Source: Podarcis cretensis (Eukaryota). Taken from it: a DNA stretch of 64,000 bases. Under the pieces are notes generated by a model. It saw nothing but the letters and a program-made list of their open reading frames with translations. It was not told the origin of the DNA and made no database searches. The DNA is taken from NCBI GenBank assembly GCA_951804945.1, contig OX638166.1:33790001-33854000 (forward strand), given 5' to 3'. Positions 1 to 12,453 of this stretch are shown piece after piece; position 1 is the stretch's first letter; each line of letters opens with the position of its first letter. A program made the position numbers and the translations under genes.

Positions 1-2099
1 CTGCGAACAACATAAATACAGTGATGCGTGAACGAGACAAGGCAACGTTAAAGATGCAGTATCTGCTGCTGGCGGCTCTTAGGGTGTTTTTGTTTGTTTT
101 GTTTTTCAAGAGGGAAGGTCTTTTTCTCCCTCATCTTCTTTTTAAAAAATCATATTGTGAACTTAAATCTTCCCCTTGCCTCCCTCAAGCTCTCCCTATC
201 TCCTAACTTTCAAGCACGTACATTCTCCTCGCTTGCCACAAGAGACTCAGGCAGCCTTAATCATCATCCAGGGGCTCCCTGTGTTCCTGCTTGACTGGCA
301 GTCTGAACAAGGATTCTTCCACTCTGATGGCAAGGCATTAAAACCACAGTTCTGACTGGAATTATGTCTTACCGCATATCACTGCAAGCTGCGTTGTCAA
401 AGGCTACAGCTCAGTAATTAGCAATTGAATGTGCTCTCCGTTGGGCACCCTGAGGCCTGGCTGGAATGGCATTGTAGCCCTAAGACAGCCCATCATCTAG
501 GGCAGCTTGTGACTCAATATGGCTGCCCAAAGAGAACAACTGTAGTAATATGTGACTTAGTACTGAGAGGATACTTTTTGACTCTCTTTAGCTTTCCGTC
601 TGTAGGCTTTGGATTCTAACTATGTAGGCTTAAAGAACCGTATGTACATTTTGCTCACAAAGAACCACGAGTTGATAAAATGCCTTCATGTACATACAAG
701 ATTTCTCTTCTCCATCTCAGCAAATGCTAAACACGTCTCCAAAAATCAAGTGATCTGGTCCTTAGAAAGTGTCGTGAGATTTTGTAGCAGCCACCTAGGT
801 CCACCTTCTAGATTTGGAACCCGAATCATCTAAATTTTAGCACTAAGCCACAGAAAGAGAAATCTTAGACGCCTTTTAAATAATAAAGAAACCCTGAAAT
901 TCAGTTACGTCACAGAGATGGTGAGCTGGGGATACAAGAAAACACCTCATGTATCACAAATCTAATTTCAGCAGCTTTGGAAAAACTGTTTTCCCTGCTC
1001 AGTTTTCCCCTGCCATGTGCATGTATCAAGAAGTGAAGGAATGGTGGTTATAGGACCCGATATGTCAAGACTTATGACAAGTCAGTGGAAAGAGCATGGA
1101 ATTTCTGGGTAGGACTTAAATCAGAGAAAAAACGGCTTTATGTTTTGAAGGTGTGGCATCTGAAGTGATTTTATTGGCTCCTTACTTTTGTTAGCCCTGA
1201 AAAGAAACAGCGGCCATCGCTCCCTTCTTCAGCAACCATAGTGAATGGACCTCCCTGAATCTCTTCTGCAACCCACCAACTTTATTTCCTTGGATTTCTT
1301 GATCTTCCTACACCATCAGATTCTCTAATCTGACTGAGGTCCTAGCAGGATTCAAGGAATGACTATCTTCATTCTGCATGGGTGTCCAATGCTATGTGCT
1401 CTCAGTGAAGCAGGAGCCAACATGGGATACAAGGATTATGTAGACCATGAGGACGAGCCATCATAAGCTTTTTCATGGCGACGCCTTGGCTTTCAGTTTT
1501 GCCAGTGTTTCTATTGCATGATCTCTGTGGCAGTTTCACTGCTACTCCAGATGCTCTGGTGAATGGTGGAGACTCTTGGCTAAACCAGAACAGTTAAATC
1601 TAACTTGGAAACTATGCTAGGTTTGACCAAAGACAAAGGGTGCTGGGGAACCTTAGAAACTTAGCAGCTTGGCTTGGTGTTTTTGCTGCCTTGTGGCAAC
1701 ATGGCTACTCTTCCAAAATATTTCTTGGTAGGCTAAAGGCTCTTTGGAGCTTGTGCCAGCTGGGTTGCTTCCACACTAGCCCTTTATTCTGAAATTGCCA
1801 TTCTCTGTTCACCTTTTAAAAACAAGGAGTCCACGTAATATTGTTGCCAAATCCTTGCTTCCCAGCACCGTCTGTGAAGCCATCCTGAGTTTTTCAAACC
1901 TAATATACAGCCATTTTTAAGATGTAAAAGGTAATTGTAGCACCACTCTTGACAGGCAAGGTGTTACTGATGTGTTTAAGTGTTACTGTGCTTTTAATCA
2001 AAAGCTTCTTGTTTGTAGATTCAGTCATTGCTTTGTTTTCAGTGCAGCTGTGGGATAGTAAGGAACTATCCCTTTACTCAGCTTCTGTTTCCTGTGATG

Positions 2100-2102
<3 letters not shown>

Positions 2103-2141
<39 letters not shown>
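2103..2141. repeat. (TG)n microsatellite
   Basis: Seen directly. Confidence 0.95.
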
Positions 2142-2144
<3 letters not shown>

Positions 2145-3598
2145 ACTACTGATTTACTTGCATTATTTTTTCTTTTCTTTCTGAGGGCAAAATATTGTTA
2201 TTCTGCTATAAAGCGAAGAAAAGGAGATGGGGAAATAGAAGGAAACCAGTATTTTAAAGCACACTTACTCTGCAGTAAATAGAAGCTGATTAATTATGGG
2301 GCAATTCACCACCAAACAAGAAGTGATAAAATGGGCAAAATATACAAGGATGATACTTTTAATTAGCATTATAGGGGAACATCTGCTCGATGTGACTGAC
2401 TTGTGCATTAATAGCATTATAGAGGAATCTTGATCATAGGATAGGGCATTGCTGGTTAACATTATAGTATACCATTTGGCAGTTCAGTTTCAATTTCACT
2501 TCTAGGAAATGATGGTAAAGCAGAGGTCTAGTATGGAAGCAACTTTGGTCCAATATCTTCATTAAAAGGAGGTTTAAAGATGAAGAACATTTCTCTTCCA
2601 ATATTCTTCTTAGCCTGCAAAACTTGTACTGGGCTGATGCATTACAGGATGTGGGAGGCAATACTGCATTTCATCGCAATCCTTCCTCACATGCTAGCTC
2701 AGAAGGGCTCCCTTTGACTACCTCTGAGGTGAAACTTATCACTTAAAAGCATATTTAAAGCATATTCTCTAGTACGAACCAAGTACTTGAGGTACATTTC
2801 AAACCTTCGTCTCAGAAGGTCCCACTTTCTGAAGCCCATGGTGCACGGAAAAGTTCCATCTTCTAGGTACATGAATTCTTCTGCCATCTAGCAATGCTGC
2901 AAAACCTGACATCTCTGAATCCTGCCACTCTGTAACCTTCACCAATTCCACAGAGGTTCCACATTCTAGCATGTGCTCGGTACAGCCCTCTGGGATCTCC
3001 TCCTGTACCACAGAATCCAGAATACTCCAGGTTTTAGAACACTCAAAGCCCTTCAGAAATATATCCTATGAAAAGAGGGTGGCAGATAGGAGAGGGGCAA
3101 GAAAATGGGGCAACAGGGGGAAAAGCCTGTCTGGGCCACACAGACATGCGCCCTCCCTTTGGAGGTCATGTCCCACACAAGGCGGAATGACAAGCAGAAA
3201 AGAAGCCCGTCTTCTGAATAAATTATATTCCTCTTATCCACCCTCCAAAGCAAGCTCCAATATCCTTGGTGCCCTCAGGGCAGTTCTCCCTAGCCTGAAC
3301 GTTGTAACTTGGAACCCTGTCTATTTTCAGAGGCCAATGTCAGCTGCCAAGAGCAAGCCAGTGTTAGTCAGACCATTCCTTCGAGAAAAAAAGACCCCGT
3401 TTCTTCCAGACCCAGGGGCCTTGGTAATCCTGCCTCCTGTGCTACTGACTTCCATGTGCCCTAGGCAAGCAGGCAGACAGGCAGACAGGCAGAGGGAGGG
3501 AGGGAGACAGAGAGGGGTAGGAGGTGGAGAAGGGTTGTAGGGTGGGGGTTTCTGGTTGGACAGGCCGGCATCCCTGGGCTGAGGTGCATGGCTCTTAC

Positions 3599-3774
3599 CT
3601 GCCCGGAGCCCTGGCCTGAGCCGTCCGAGCATACAAACTGCACAAATTCCTTCAGCGAGTCCTGGCCGTGGTGGTGGTGGTAGCGGATGGTCGGGTGTGT
3701 GAAGTAGGGGCTGGACTGCTGGATGATGGAGGTTGATGGGAAGTGCAGGGCCGAGGCTGTGGCACGGGGGCTTC
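3599..3774 (-). CDS. NFIX: NFIX coding exon 8 (176 nt): (G)[58 protein letters not shown]
   Basis: Manual translation matches NFIX. Acceptor tccag|GA, donor CAG|gtaag. Exons 3-8 total 695 nt in one open frame. Confidence 0.97.
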
Positions 3775-3805
3775 CTGGAGAGTGTAAGGACAGATGGACA
3801 GAAGC

Positions 3806-3810
3806 AGAGA

Positions 3811-3845
<35 letters not shown>
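3806..3845. repeat. (GA)n microsatellite; reads (TC)n on the NFIX strand, in the exon 8 polypyrimidine tract
   Basis: Seen directly. Confidence 0.95.
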
Positions 3846-5236
3846 GGAAGGGGGGACAGAAAGAGATGTCAGTAACAACCCCATGCCATGCTGCTTCCAT
3901 TCTACACAGCCCAACTGATGCTTATACCTCAACAGAAACACCCACCCCGACATCCTTGCTATAAGGGGAAGGGGCGCCATTTTGTCTCATTTGTTGGAAT
4001 CGAGGATTCCCTCAACCCTGGCAGGGTGAGGAAACTGCTCTTTTTTCACAAGAGCACAGGTGGGTGAGAATTTGCAAAGATGTGAAAGCAGATGCAGAGG
4101 GATCTGAGCAGGGCATGCCACACACCTGTGTGTGTTACGCATCTTGCGTGTCTTCCACATCCGAGCATGTTTACCTATAAGCATGCATTAAGTGTGTGTG
4201 TCTCTCTGTTTCTCTCTCTCCATATATATACCATACACACATACACACACACAGCAGCCATCGAGGGGGGGGGTACCTTTGCTTATGTGCATGTATCCCC
4301 CATCATATTTTGTGACAAGATGTTGAAGTCCTCTGCCTTAAATCTATATTTTTTACACAATTGTTTTAATCAACGCCACCGCCACCCGTCATCAAAATAA
4401 AGTACAAGCAGAGGGAGCTACATTTCTAAAATATTCATCTACAATTACCATGCCCTCTCCCATCCTTTTATGCCCTTTATTGTTTCCCCTCCTCCTCCCT
4501 GCATCTAATTTAAGATTATTAGCTCATTAGGACAAGGACTTGTCTTATTCCACTTGCATTGCATTGTACATTGGAGGCACTTTACAAATAAATATAATGA
4601 CAATAACACCTAACTTTCCCCCAAGCACACGAGGGCAAAAGGGCAAGACATATTCCTCTCCTTGGGAATAACTGGGACATTAGTAACTAACAGGGAAATG
4701 GGGAAGGGGAGTCAGCAAAGGAACCAGCTGTTGTGGACTGGGGATTGACTCTCCTGTGTGGCTGAAGTTCCTCCTACACACTGATACACAACTAGACAGA
4801 TGGTGGAACAGGGAATACGGATGATAGCAAGGCAGTTACACAGAATAACTGGCTGCTGGCTGCATTGGGCAGGTAGAATCATGGCAGGAAACTTGTTCTA
4901 TGTGGCAGCTAAATGCAAAGGAAGATGGAATGGGCTAAAATGAAAGGTGGCAGGATTAATATTATTTTAAATTGAGCAAAGAAATTGCAACAAAACTCAG
5001 CCAATGAAGGCTGCTCTCAAAGGTGATTAGGGAGCAACATCAATGGAAAAAGCAGCAGCATAAAACTAAGGATCTGTTCATGAGAAATCTCAGCTTAGGG
5101 ATGCAATTTTTGAAAATCTTGATGTTGAGCTTATCTGCATGAATCTTTTCTAATTCTCGTGTCGCTCCTTGATCACAATGAAAAGCGAGTTAATTCTTTA
5201 TCAGTTCTGCTAGAAATACAAACATTTACTGCATAT

Positions 5237-5239
<3 letters not shown>

Positions 5240-5286
<47 letters not shown>

Positions 5287-5987
5287 TTTTTATTTATACC
5301 CCACCCTCCCCAGCCAAGGCCGGGCTCAGAGCGGCTTACAAGCAATAATAAAAACAAGATGAATGATTACAACTTAAAAACAAAAATAAAATACAACATT
5401 AAAATAATGGAACATTAAAATATTAAAATGTAGCCTCATCGCAGGAGGAGAAGGAAAAGAAAAAAGAAAGAGAGGGAGGGAGGGAATCAAATTGGCTCCA
5501 AGCCAGGCCCTGTGGAAAGAAATCAGATCCTGCAGGGCCCTGGTCTCATGAGGCAGAGCGTTCCACCAGGCTGGAGCCAGAGTTGAAAAGGCCCTGGCTC
5601 TGGTTGAAGCCAATCTAACTTCCTTAGGGCCTGGGACCACTAGGGTGTTGTTATTTATGGACCTTGAGGCTCTCCATGGGGCATACCAGGAGAGGCGGTC
5701 CCGTAGGTACGAGGGTCCTAGGCCGTGAAGGGCTTTAAAGGTCAAAAGCAGCACCTTAAACCTGACCCTGTACTCCACCGGGAGCCAGTGCAGCTGGAAA
5801 AGCACTGGGTGAATGTGCTCCCATGGCAGAGACCCCGTGAGGAGCCTCGCTGCAGCATTCTGCACCCGCTGGAGTTTCTGGGACAGCTTCAAGGGCAGCC
5901 CCGCGTAGAGCGAATTACAGTAGTCAAGCCTGGAGATGACCATCGCATGGATCACTGTGGCCAGGTCGGGGCGGGAAAGGTAATGCA
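5240..5987 (-). mobile_element. L2 LINE, 5'-truncated, with ORF2 C-terminus, 3' UTR and (TTA)n tail
   Basis: Peptide SRLDYCNSLYAGLP...LQRVQNAAARLL...LHWLPVEYRVRFKVLLLTFKALHGLGPSYL is the typical L2 ORF2 end. The trinucleotide tail is at about 5240-5286. Confidence 0.92.
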
Positions 5988-6026
5988 TTAATAATAATAC
6001 ATTGTTATACACATTATTGTATGTAT

Positions 6027-6158
6027 NNNNNNNNNNNNNNNNNNNNNNNNNNNNNNNNNNNNNNNNNNNNNNNNNNNNNNNNNNNNNNNNNNNNNNNNNN
6101 NNNNNNNNNNNNNNNNNNNNNNNNNNNNNNNNNNNNNNNNNNNNNNNNNNNNNNNNNN
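6027..6158. other. Assembly gap (N run)
   Basis: 132 N. Confidence 0.99.
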
Positions 6159-6557
6159 AGAAATGAAGTCCGACTCTTTTATACATATTGTATGCATAAT
6201 CTACATATTTTTGTGTATAATTGTGCATATAATTATTCAGATGTTAAAAAGCAAAACTACCGAAAATGCACAAGCAGCTCAGTTGCAAGTGGGTGCTTGA
6301 TGCAAGAGCCAGTCCAAGAGGAGCATGGCTCCATCAGATAAGAAATGCCAAATTCAGTGTCTAAATCTGTTTAAAACAAATTTATCCTCTACTGAGCATT
6401 TTGCAGTTCCTGATCAGCAGACAAAACAGCTTCAAAGGGTTGACTGAATAGGACTATGGAAAAGATTTGTCCTGCCACAATACTGAGAGTATCATTACAG
6501 CTGGATTGTCCCCTGCAATCTTTTAAAAATATTTCTGGGGGATCATATACAATTTAA

Positions 6558-6636
6558 GCTGCAATCCTATACACACTTACCTGGAAGCGGACTCCACACC
6601 CGGATTTACTTCTGAGTAGGCATGTATAGGATTGTA
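6558..6636. mobile_element. Short palindromic non-autonomous DNA element (MITE-like)
   Basis: Inverted ends caatcctatacac...tgtataggattg. A partial related copy is at about 42245-42293. Confidence 0.6.
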
Positions 6637-6637
6637 A

Positions 6638-6706
6638 TTGTTAGGCAATTACAAGCCAATTTCAAACTTGCCAGTCCTGTGCAATGTGGTTGAGCAAACA
6701 GTGGTG
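6638..6706 (+). mobile_element. LINE (L2-type) ORF2 relic
   Basis: LGNYKPISNLPVLCNVVEQTVV resembles the RT-proximal motif NYRPISNLPFLSKVLEKVV. Confidence 0.65.
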
Positions 6707-8455
6707 GGAGGGATTGGGAACAACAAAAAAAATGTTCCATCATCTCAGAGGGTGAAAACTGCTAGAGAACAAGGCAGGGTGTGCTTATTGGCCAGTTCTC
6801 TCCACAGGGAGATCCACCAAACTACATATGTGCTTCACTTCAATCTTCATTGTTATGCAAAAATTATGTGACTGTTTCACCCAACATTTTCTTTTTCAAT
6901 GAAATGCTGGGGGGAGGTGTTTTAACTCATTCTCCTCTCATACAGTAGCTGGGGGACATTTTTTATTTGGAAAATGGGATGGGGCAGGACATTGTTGCTC
7001 AGCTAAACTGGTAGCCCCCCACAGCTGCATTTCATTAAAAGAGAACAACTTGGGAAATTCAGTTCCCTACTGGATCCTCTGCATAAAAGGAAGTCTGGCC
7101 CTTAGTTTCTGTTGACAACTCATTCCCTGAATCTTTCCCAAAAAAAATTCCATGGCCCAATGTTTAATGCATTCTTTGGTTTGTTTGCTTTTTAAAAAAT
7201 GTATGTTTTGTACTATTTCATAAATTATTTTTATGGCCTTAAAATAATGGGGGGGTTTTATAAATATTTTGTGTGTGTTGTGTTTGAGTATTTCTGTAAT
7301 CAGTGACTTTCTGCTGCCCGGAAGCTTTTTAAAAGCTATACTGACAACTTCACACACTGCTGCATTCCTTCGAGTCACTCCTGCGTGTTCAGAAGGAGGA
7401 GGAAATGTGCTGTCCAGCAGCAACCAGGTCAAGGGCAAGATCCCGCTCCCCTTGTTCTGAAGTGCTGGTACAGCAACTGCTTCCATGTCGGGATTGAATT
7501 AATCTCAATTTATCTAATCTTGCCCTATTAAGTAAGATGCGCCTCTGGGGTCTGAGAGAAGGAGGAAAAGAGAGAAATCAATCTGGTTATATCACTGCTG
7601 CAGTCAGACCATCACCACAGTAATGTTCTACCACCATATCATTTTATGAGTTCACACACAACTGATGGTATGTTTGCAGTAAGACTGAGCCTTGTGCAAA
7701 ACATCCCTGAAATCCAAGGCAAGATCCAAGGTGTAAAAAGGCAGGCAATTTAAAAATGTCTTAGGGTTGGGTGTGCAGCTTCAGGGTAGTCTACTTAAAC
7801 CTGCTTACTCTGTTCCTTGCCTGACCACTCCACACTAAGAGGTGCTGTCATCCTATTCCGATATACCTTCCTCTCTCTACACACATACACACAACACAGT
7901 CCTGTGCAACATACACTACGGCACAACTAAACATTACATTACACAAACCCACCATTCAAACACAAATCACAGAACCCTCCTAAAATGCATAAAACATACA
8001 AGAGCTTCTACTGAATTGGTCGTTTCCTATCTTGACAATTCAAAAAAGTTATTCCTACATATATGACCATTCACATGCTAGCAATGAACAGTCTTTATGC
8101 TACTCTGCCATCTGCTGCTTTGCATGTTATTGCTGTCATTTTTACTGCATACATTTTATAATTTTTGTTGCGTTACTGTATTTCTATTTTTAATTGTAAA
8201 GGCAGCCTGGGAAAGTTTCACTGAAGGGTGGTGTATAAATAACTAAAGTAAGTAAATAAATAAATTTTGGACGTGAAATTAGTGCGGCAAATTAGTCTCT
8301 AAGCAGACACTTAGAATACACTGCAAGTAATTTTTGCTTTGAAAATATAGATTTCTAAGAAAGGTACTGAAAACTTGCCTAAGCCACCTTCCCCTCAGTG
8401 GGGCTTACAACTCCACAGCAGTTGTTGTTTTAATCTAGGGGTAGAAAGCTAATTT

Positions 8456-8507
8456 GTGGGGTGGAGTGGGGTGGGGTGGGGTGGGGTGGGGTGGGGTGGG
8501 GTGGAGG
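8456..8507 (+). repeat. (GGGGT)n repeat, G-quadruplex-capable
   Basis: Seen directly; about eight GGGG runs with 1-nt spacers. Confidence 0.9.
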
Positions 8508-9059
8508 AAACGCAACATACAAACCTGAGTGTATCTTGATGTGCTACTTTGGTGTCTATTAGAATTTCATATTTAACACCCCAGTGGATGTTCTACATGT
8601 GTTTTTCCAGATATTTAAATCTAAACCCAATTAATTCTGGACACTCTTTTTCCATAGGGTTCTCATAGAAGCATATGAAACTGCCGTATGTCAAACCAGA
8701 ACATCTAGTCCACTACGGTCATCTTTGACTCGATGTTGCCCAAGTCGATCCGGATTAATGGAGCAGGAAAACTTGGTGAAAACCCCATCCCACCAAAATG
8801 ATCGGTCTTCCAGGATGCATTATACAATCCTCGTGTTAAGCTGCCTCAGCAGCAGAAAGAGAAAGCAAGAAAATGAAAGAACAAAAGAAAGAGAGAGAGA
8901 GAAAGAAAGAGAGAGAGAGAGAGCAGGAGACCATTGCCAGAACCGACATGACTGAGAACTCTGACATGCCCTTTCAGGGAGACAGCTCTGTCCCTTGCCT
9001 CCCCACCCTTGCCCACAATCCACCCATTCCCCCCCCTAAGAAAATGGCTTTGTTCTCAC

Positions 9060-9182
9060 CTGGTCTGACTCCTGCTAGGACAGGCAGCGGGTGATGGGTG
9101 AAAGCCATTCTCGGGGAGGTGGTGTGGGAGGACAGGGCACTGCAGAAATCCAGCTTCCCTGACTTCTTTAAAGAAGCCGGTC
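9060..9182 (-). CDS. NFIX: NFIX coding exon 7 (123 nt, symmetric phase 1-1): (G)[40 protein letters not shown](G)
   Basis: Contained in ORF 8974..9210. Acceptor gccag|GA, donor G|gtgag. Confidence 0.97.
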
Positions 9183-11574
9183 CTGGCAAGGAATCAGGGA
9201 GAAAGTGCATGGTTTAACAGATGGAAAGATGGATTAGTATTTAGCCGTGCTCTTTCGTTCACTCTTGTGGACCAGCTCACAGTCTGAATAGGCCCCCTTT
9301 GCCAGGATTCAGCTGTTGCAGGTCTATGGGAAAGAGTGTGTGGGCAATGGCTGCTTTGAATTTCTTGTGTCTCTCTCTGCCTGCCAGTGAACAGGTCTAT
9401 GAAGCAGTTGGCGTGTATGGTACATCTATCCTTCATAAAAGCTACCTGCTCACTGTACAATAACTCCACTGAAACTGTCAGATTCCAATATGTGTTGCAG
9501 AAGTGGTATATGCAAAGACATAGTCATCATATATTATTTCTACAGCACTTAACATGTCTAAGAGCTAAACTTTAATTATCTGTAGAGAGCCTGGAATGAC
9601 AGCCCAGGGAGCATATGAATTGCTTGCTTGCTGATCCCACTAGATCACCACATTTTCCTTCCTCTTGAAGAGGGTTGGTTTCCTTCTTTGGCCCCCCCAT
9701 TGCTGCAAAACTATCCCTTGTCCTACAGGCACAGCTGAGATGGTTGTGCACCTCGCTTGTGTCACTCTGTAATCTGAGCAATGTGAACTAATCTGTGAAG
9801 AGTGTATAAACCATTTCCCCCTTCCAAAACAACACAGAACCAATTGCCTAGTCTGATTGATATGCACACTGCTTCTAAATCAGCCGTTTTTTCAAGGAAT
9901 GTGCAGACTCAAGCTGCCCTCCTTTGTAGCACTCTTAGGGAGAAACAGGATGCTACAGGTGGGAAGCCAGAGAGCAAAGCGCCATCCTTGATGTCCTCAA
10001 CCCCAAGACTCACAGGCTGTCTCCCTCTCAGGAGACACGTGTGTGGCTGTGCAGGCCCTTAGAAACAAAGCCAAAAGAGGCCACGGAAGCCCAAGGTTCC
10101 CCACTCTGCCATTCCACATAGCAGACCTCCTAGTCCTGGGTGGAAAGGAAGAGAGCAGGAAGGCACATCCTGAATCTTCCCAGCTCAAAGTGATCTTTCA
10201 GCACTTGTACATGCTTACCACAGAAATATGATATACCATTATGGGCAAGGGAAGTCCTGCTAAAACCTGTCATGAAATCAGTACAAGGAGAACATACAGG
10301 CTGTGGGCTGTATCTTGAAATCAGGCTACTTCCTCTGGGACTCAAGTATATGCAGACTGCAGGTTACATTCAGAGAACCACAGAGTACTTTGGGCTAGTC
10401 CGGAATCAAGCTTAGTAATTTTTATTTTTTATTTTTTTAAAAAATAATGAGTATGTACCCCTTGTTTTTAATAAGAGTTAAGGGCCAAACTACATGAGAT
10501 GCAAGAGCTCCATGTCAGATCTCCCAGTATCTTAATTTTTAAAACCTGAAAGCTGCTGCCGGGAGCTCCAGTTGTGAGTGGTGCTGTGCAATGAGATTTT
10601 TAATCTTTGCCCCGTTTTCCAGATCTAAAGCTGAAACTGGTACTAGCTCTGCAATGGGAAAATAGGGACGACTGGGGGCTTAAAAGTGGATTTGCAAAGT
10701 GCAAGGGGTTTTCACCGGTGGGTGCTCTGCCAATCATGTGACGGCATGAGATTGACGAGTGGGCAACCCCACCTAGCCGTCAAACTTGACTCACAGAGCA
10801 GATTCTGATAAGGATGTACAAACTTAATGTACAAAAGGATGTGACTTAACAACAGCAGCAAAATAGGAAGAGATTGTTGAAATGGTAGGGGACTGTTGAA
10901 GAAGAAAGGCTCTATATTTTCCAGGGACACACAAGTGCTGAGCAGTTAAAGCTCATGTGGTAAAATCCAGTAAGACCTTGTGGCAGCCACAAACACACAT
11001 GCACATCTCCATCTAAGTAGCTCTGTTTAAATACCTGGGTACCGCTATAAAAATGTGTTTGCCAGTGACAGAAACGCAACAGAAACAAGCATACAAAGAA
11101 ACAAATGAGCAGGTGACACTATTCAGAAAAGACTTCAGCGACTAGAATGTAAATAGACAAAGACAACCCCTAGTATCTATTTTTTTATTTAAAAACTTGT
11201 TTTAAGTAAGCCATGTGAGTAGAAGGCAATTAAAAATAAATAAATACTTGGGGTTCACAAATGTCTGGATTTAAAGGGTGAGACGTGCCATTTCAATAGC
11301 AAAAATGCTGAGCAGTTTGGGCAATAAAATCCAGAATGTTTCCACTGGCCATTCATGCACTATGCTCCTGCTCTTAAGGTTCCATATATTACCTGTCCTC
11401 TCAAGAGCAGCTGTTCAGTGACTAGAATCCTCTCACTGTCTTACTTTTAGCTTGAGTATGTCTTACTTCAATATATACCACTGTCACCGGCACAAGTCTC
11501 CCGGTGAATCAAATTCCTTGTCCAACAGGCTGGCATGTTAGCTTGTGCTTATCTTTCCTAGAGGACTAGGTGTC

Positions 11575-11722
11575 TTAAGCTAACAAATTTATTGTGCTAT
11601 TAGATTTCACGGACCACAGTCCACTTCAACAGTTGCATATGATGAAGTGAACTGCAGTCCATGAAAGCTTGGCATAATATGTTGGTTGGTCTTTAAGGTG
11701 CCACAATACTCCTTGTTCATTT
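11575..11722. mobile_element. Penelope-like terminal repeat relic, inverted pair with two decayed hammerhead motifs
   Basis: Minus strand reads CTGTTGAAGTGGACTGTGGTCCGTGAAATCT. Plus strand reads ATGATGAAGTGAACTGCAGTCCATGAAAGCTT, followed by gttggtctttaaggtgccac, which is shared with the 51898 element. Confidence 0.7.
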
Positions 11723-11881
11723 TTCTTAGTAACTATTATTGTCTCTGATTCCCACCCCACCCACCCCAAGCCTTGGGAATTATGTGATTTTTTCAGTCAG
11801 ACAAATAATAGTCAAAGAACAGAGCCGCTTTATGCTTTCTCTCTTTTTGGAACTGCTTTAGCAGAATTACATCCTACATAC

Positions 11882-12292
11882 CAGAGTTTCTCAAATGATG
11901 GTATGCAGACCACTGGTGCCCTGTGGAAAGGTGGTGAAATGGTCAGTATCTGTATGTGGCCCATGACTTGTTTTACCTTTTACGGACAACAGAGACTGAG
12001 GCTGATTTGACCTAGGGCTCATAATTTTCACGGTAGAACACTGGTGCAGCATACTGTTCCCCCAGTAAAAAATTACTAGTTAAAGGGGATTTCTTAGATG
12101 CCTGGCCTGGGCCAGTTTATTTCATAATATGCTGCTGGCAGTTTTTGATAACAATGTCAATGGGGGCAGAGAAGTTTAGTAAAATGCAAGTTCTGCATGT
12201 GCATTCTTTCTTAAACAAAACATATGTTAACTGTTAACGGAGACCCCCAGCAATTATCCAGTTGTCTGTGGGACTGGGGTTGAGAACGATTG
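11882..12292. mobile_element. Degenerate hAT-type non-autonomous DNA transposon
   Basis: Ends CAGAGTTTCTCAAA ... GTTGAGAACGATTG resemble hAT TIRs. No TSD recognised. Confidence 0.4.
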
Positions 12293-12421
12293 TTGTTTGC
12301 TAATAATGAACCAGTTTTCTGAATGTGTATCCTTATGTGGTCAAAACAGCATCAGCCACTGGAGCTCTAGATACTAGCACGCTCCTGGAAATCTCAAAGA
12401 CTGTGGCAGTAGAAACAACAT

Positions 12422-12453
12422 ACAAACAAACAAACAAACAAACAAACAAACAA
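12422..12453. repeat. (CAAA)n microsatellite
   Basis: Seen directly. Confidence 0.9.

Noticed and set aside
2265-3060. Chain of overlapping minus-strand ORFs that could be a frameshifted fossil gene or viral insert
   Set aside because: I recognise no motif in any frame and the lengths are within chance range. Only a tBLASTx or HMM hit would revive it.
2971-3980. 189-aa and 217-aa ORFs around exon 8
   Set aside because: Antisense or off-frame shadows of exon 8 plus microsatellite-derived low complexity.
5374-6228. 284-aa ORF as a host gene
   Set aside because: It is an L2 ORF2 fragment artificially extended across an N gap.
7400-7460. SSSNQVKGKIPLPLF superficially resembles the NFIX exon 9 start (PNGSGQGKVPGSF)
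   Set aside because: Wrong strand, wrong position (between exons 7 and 8) and weak similarity.
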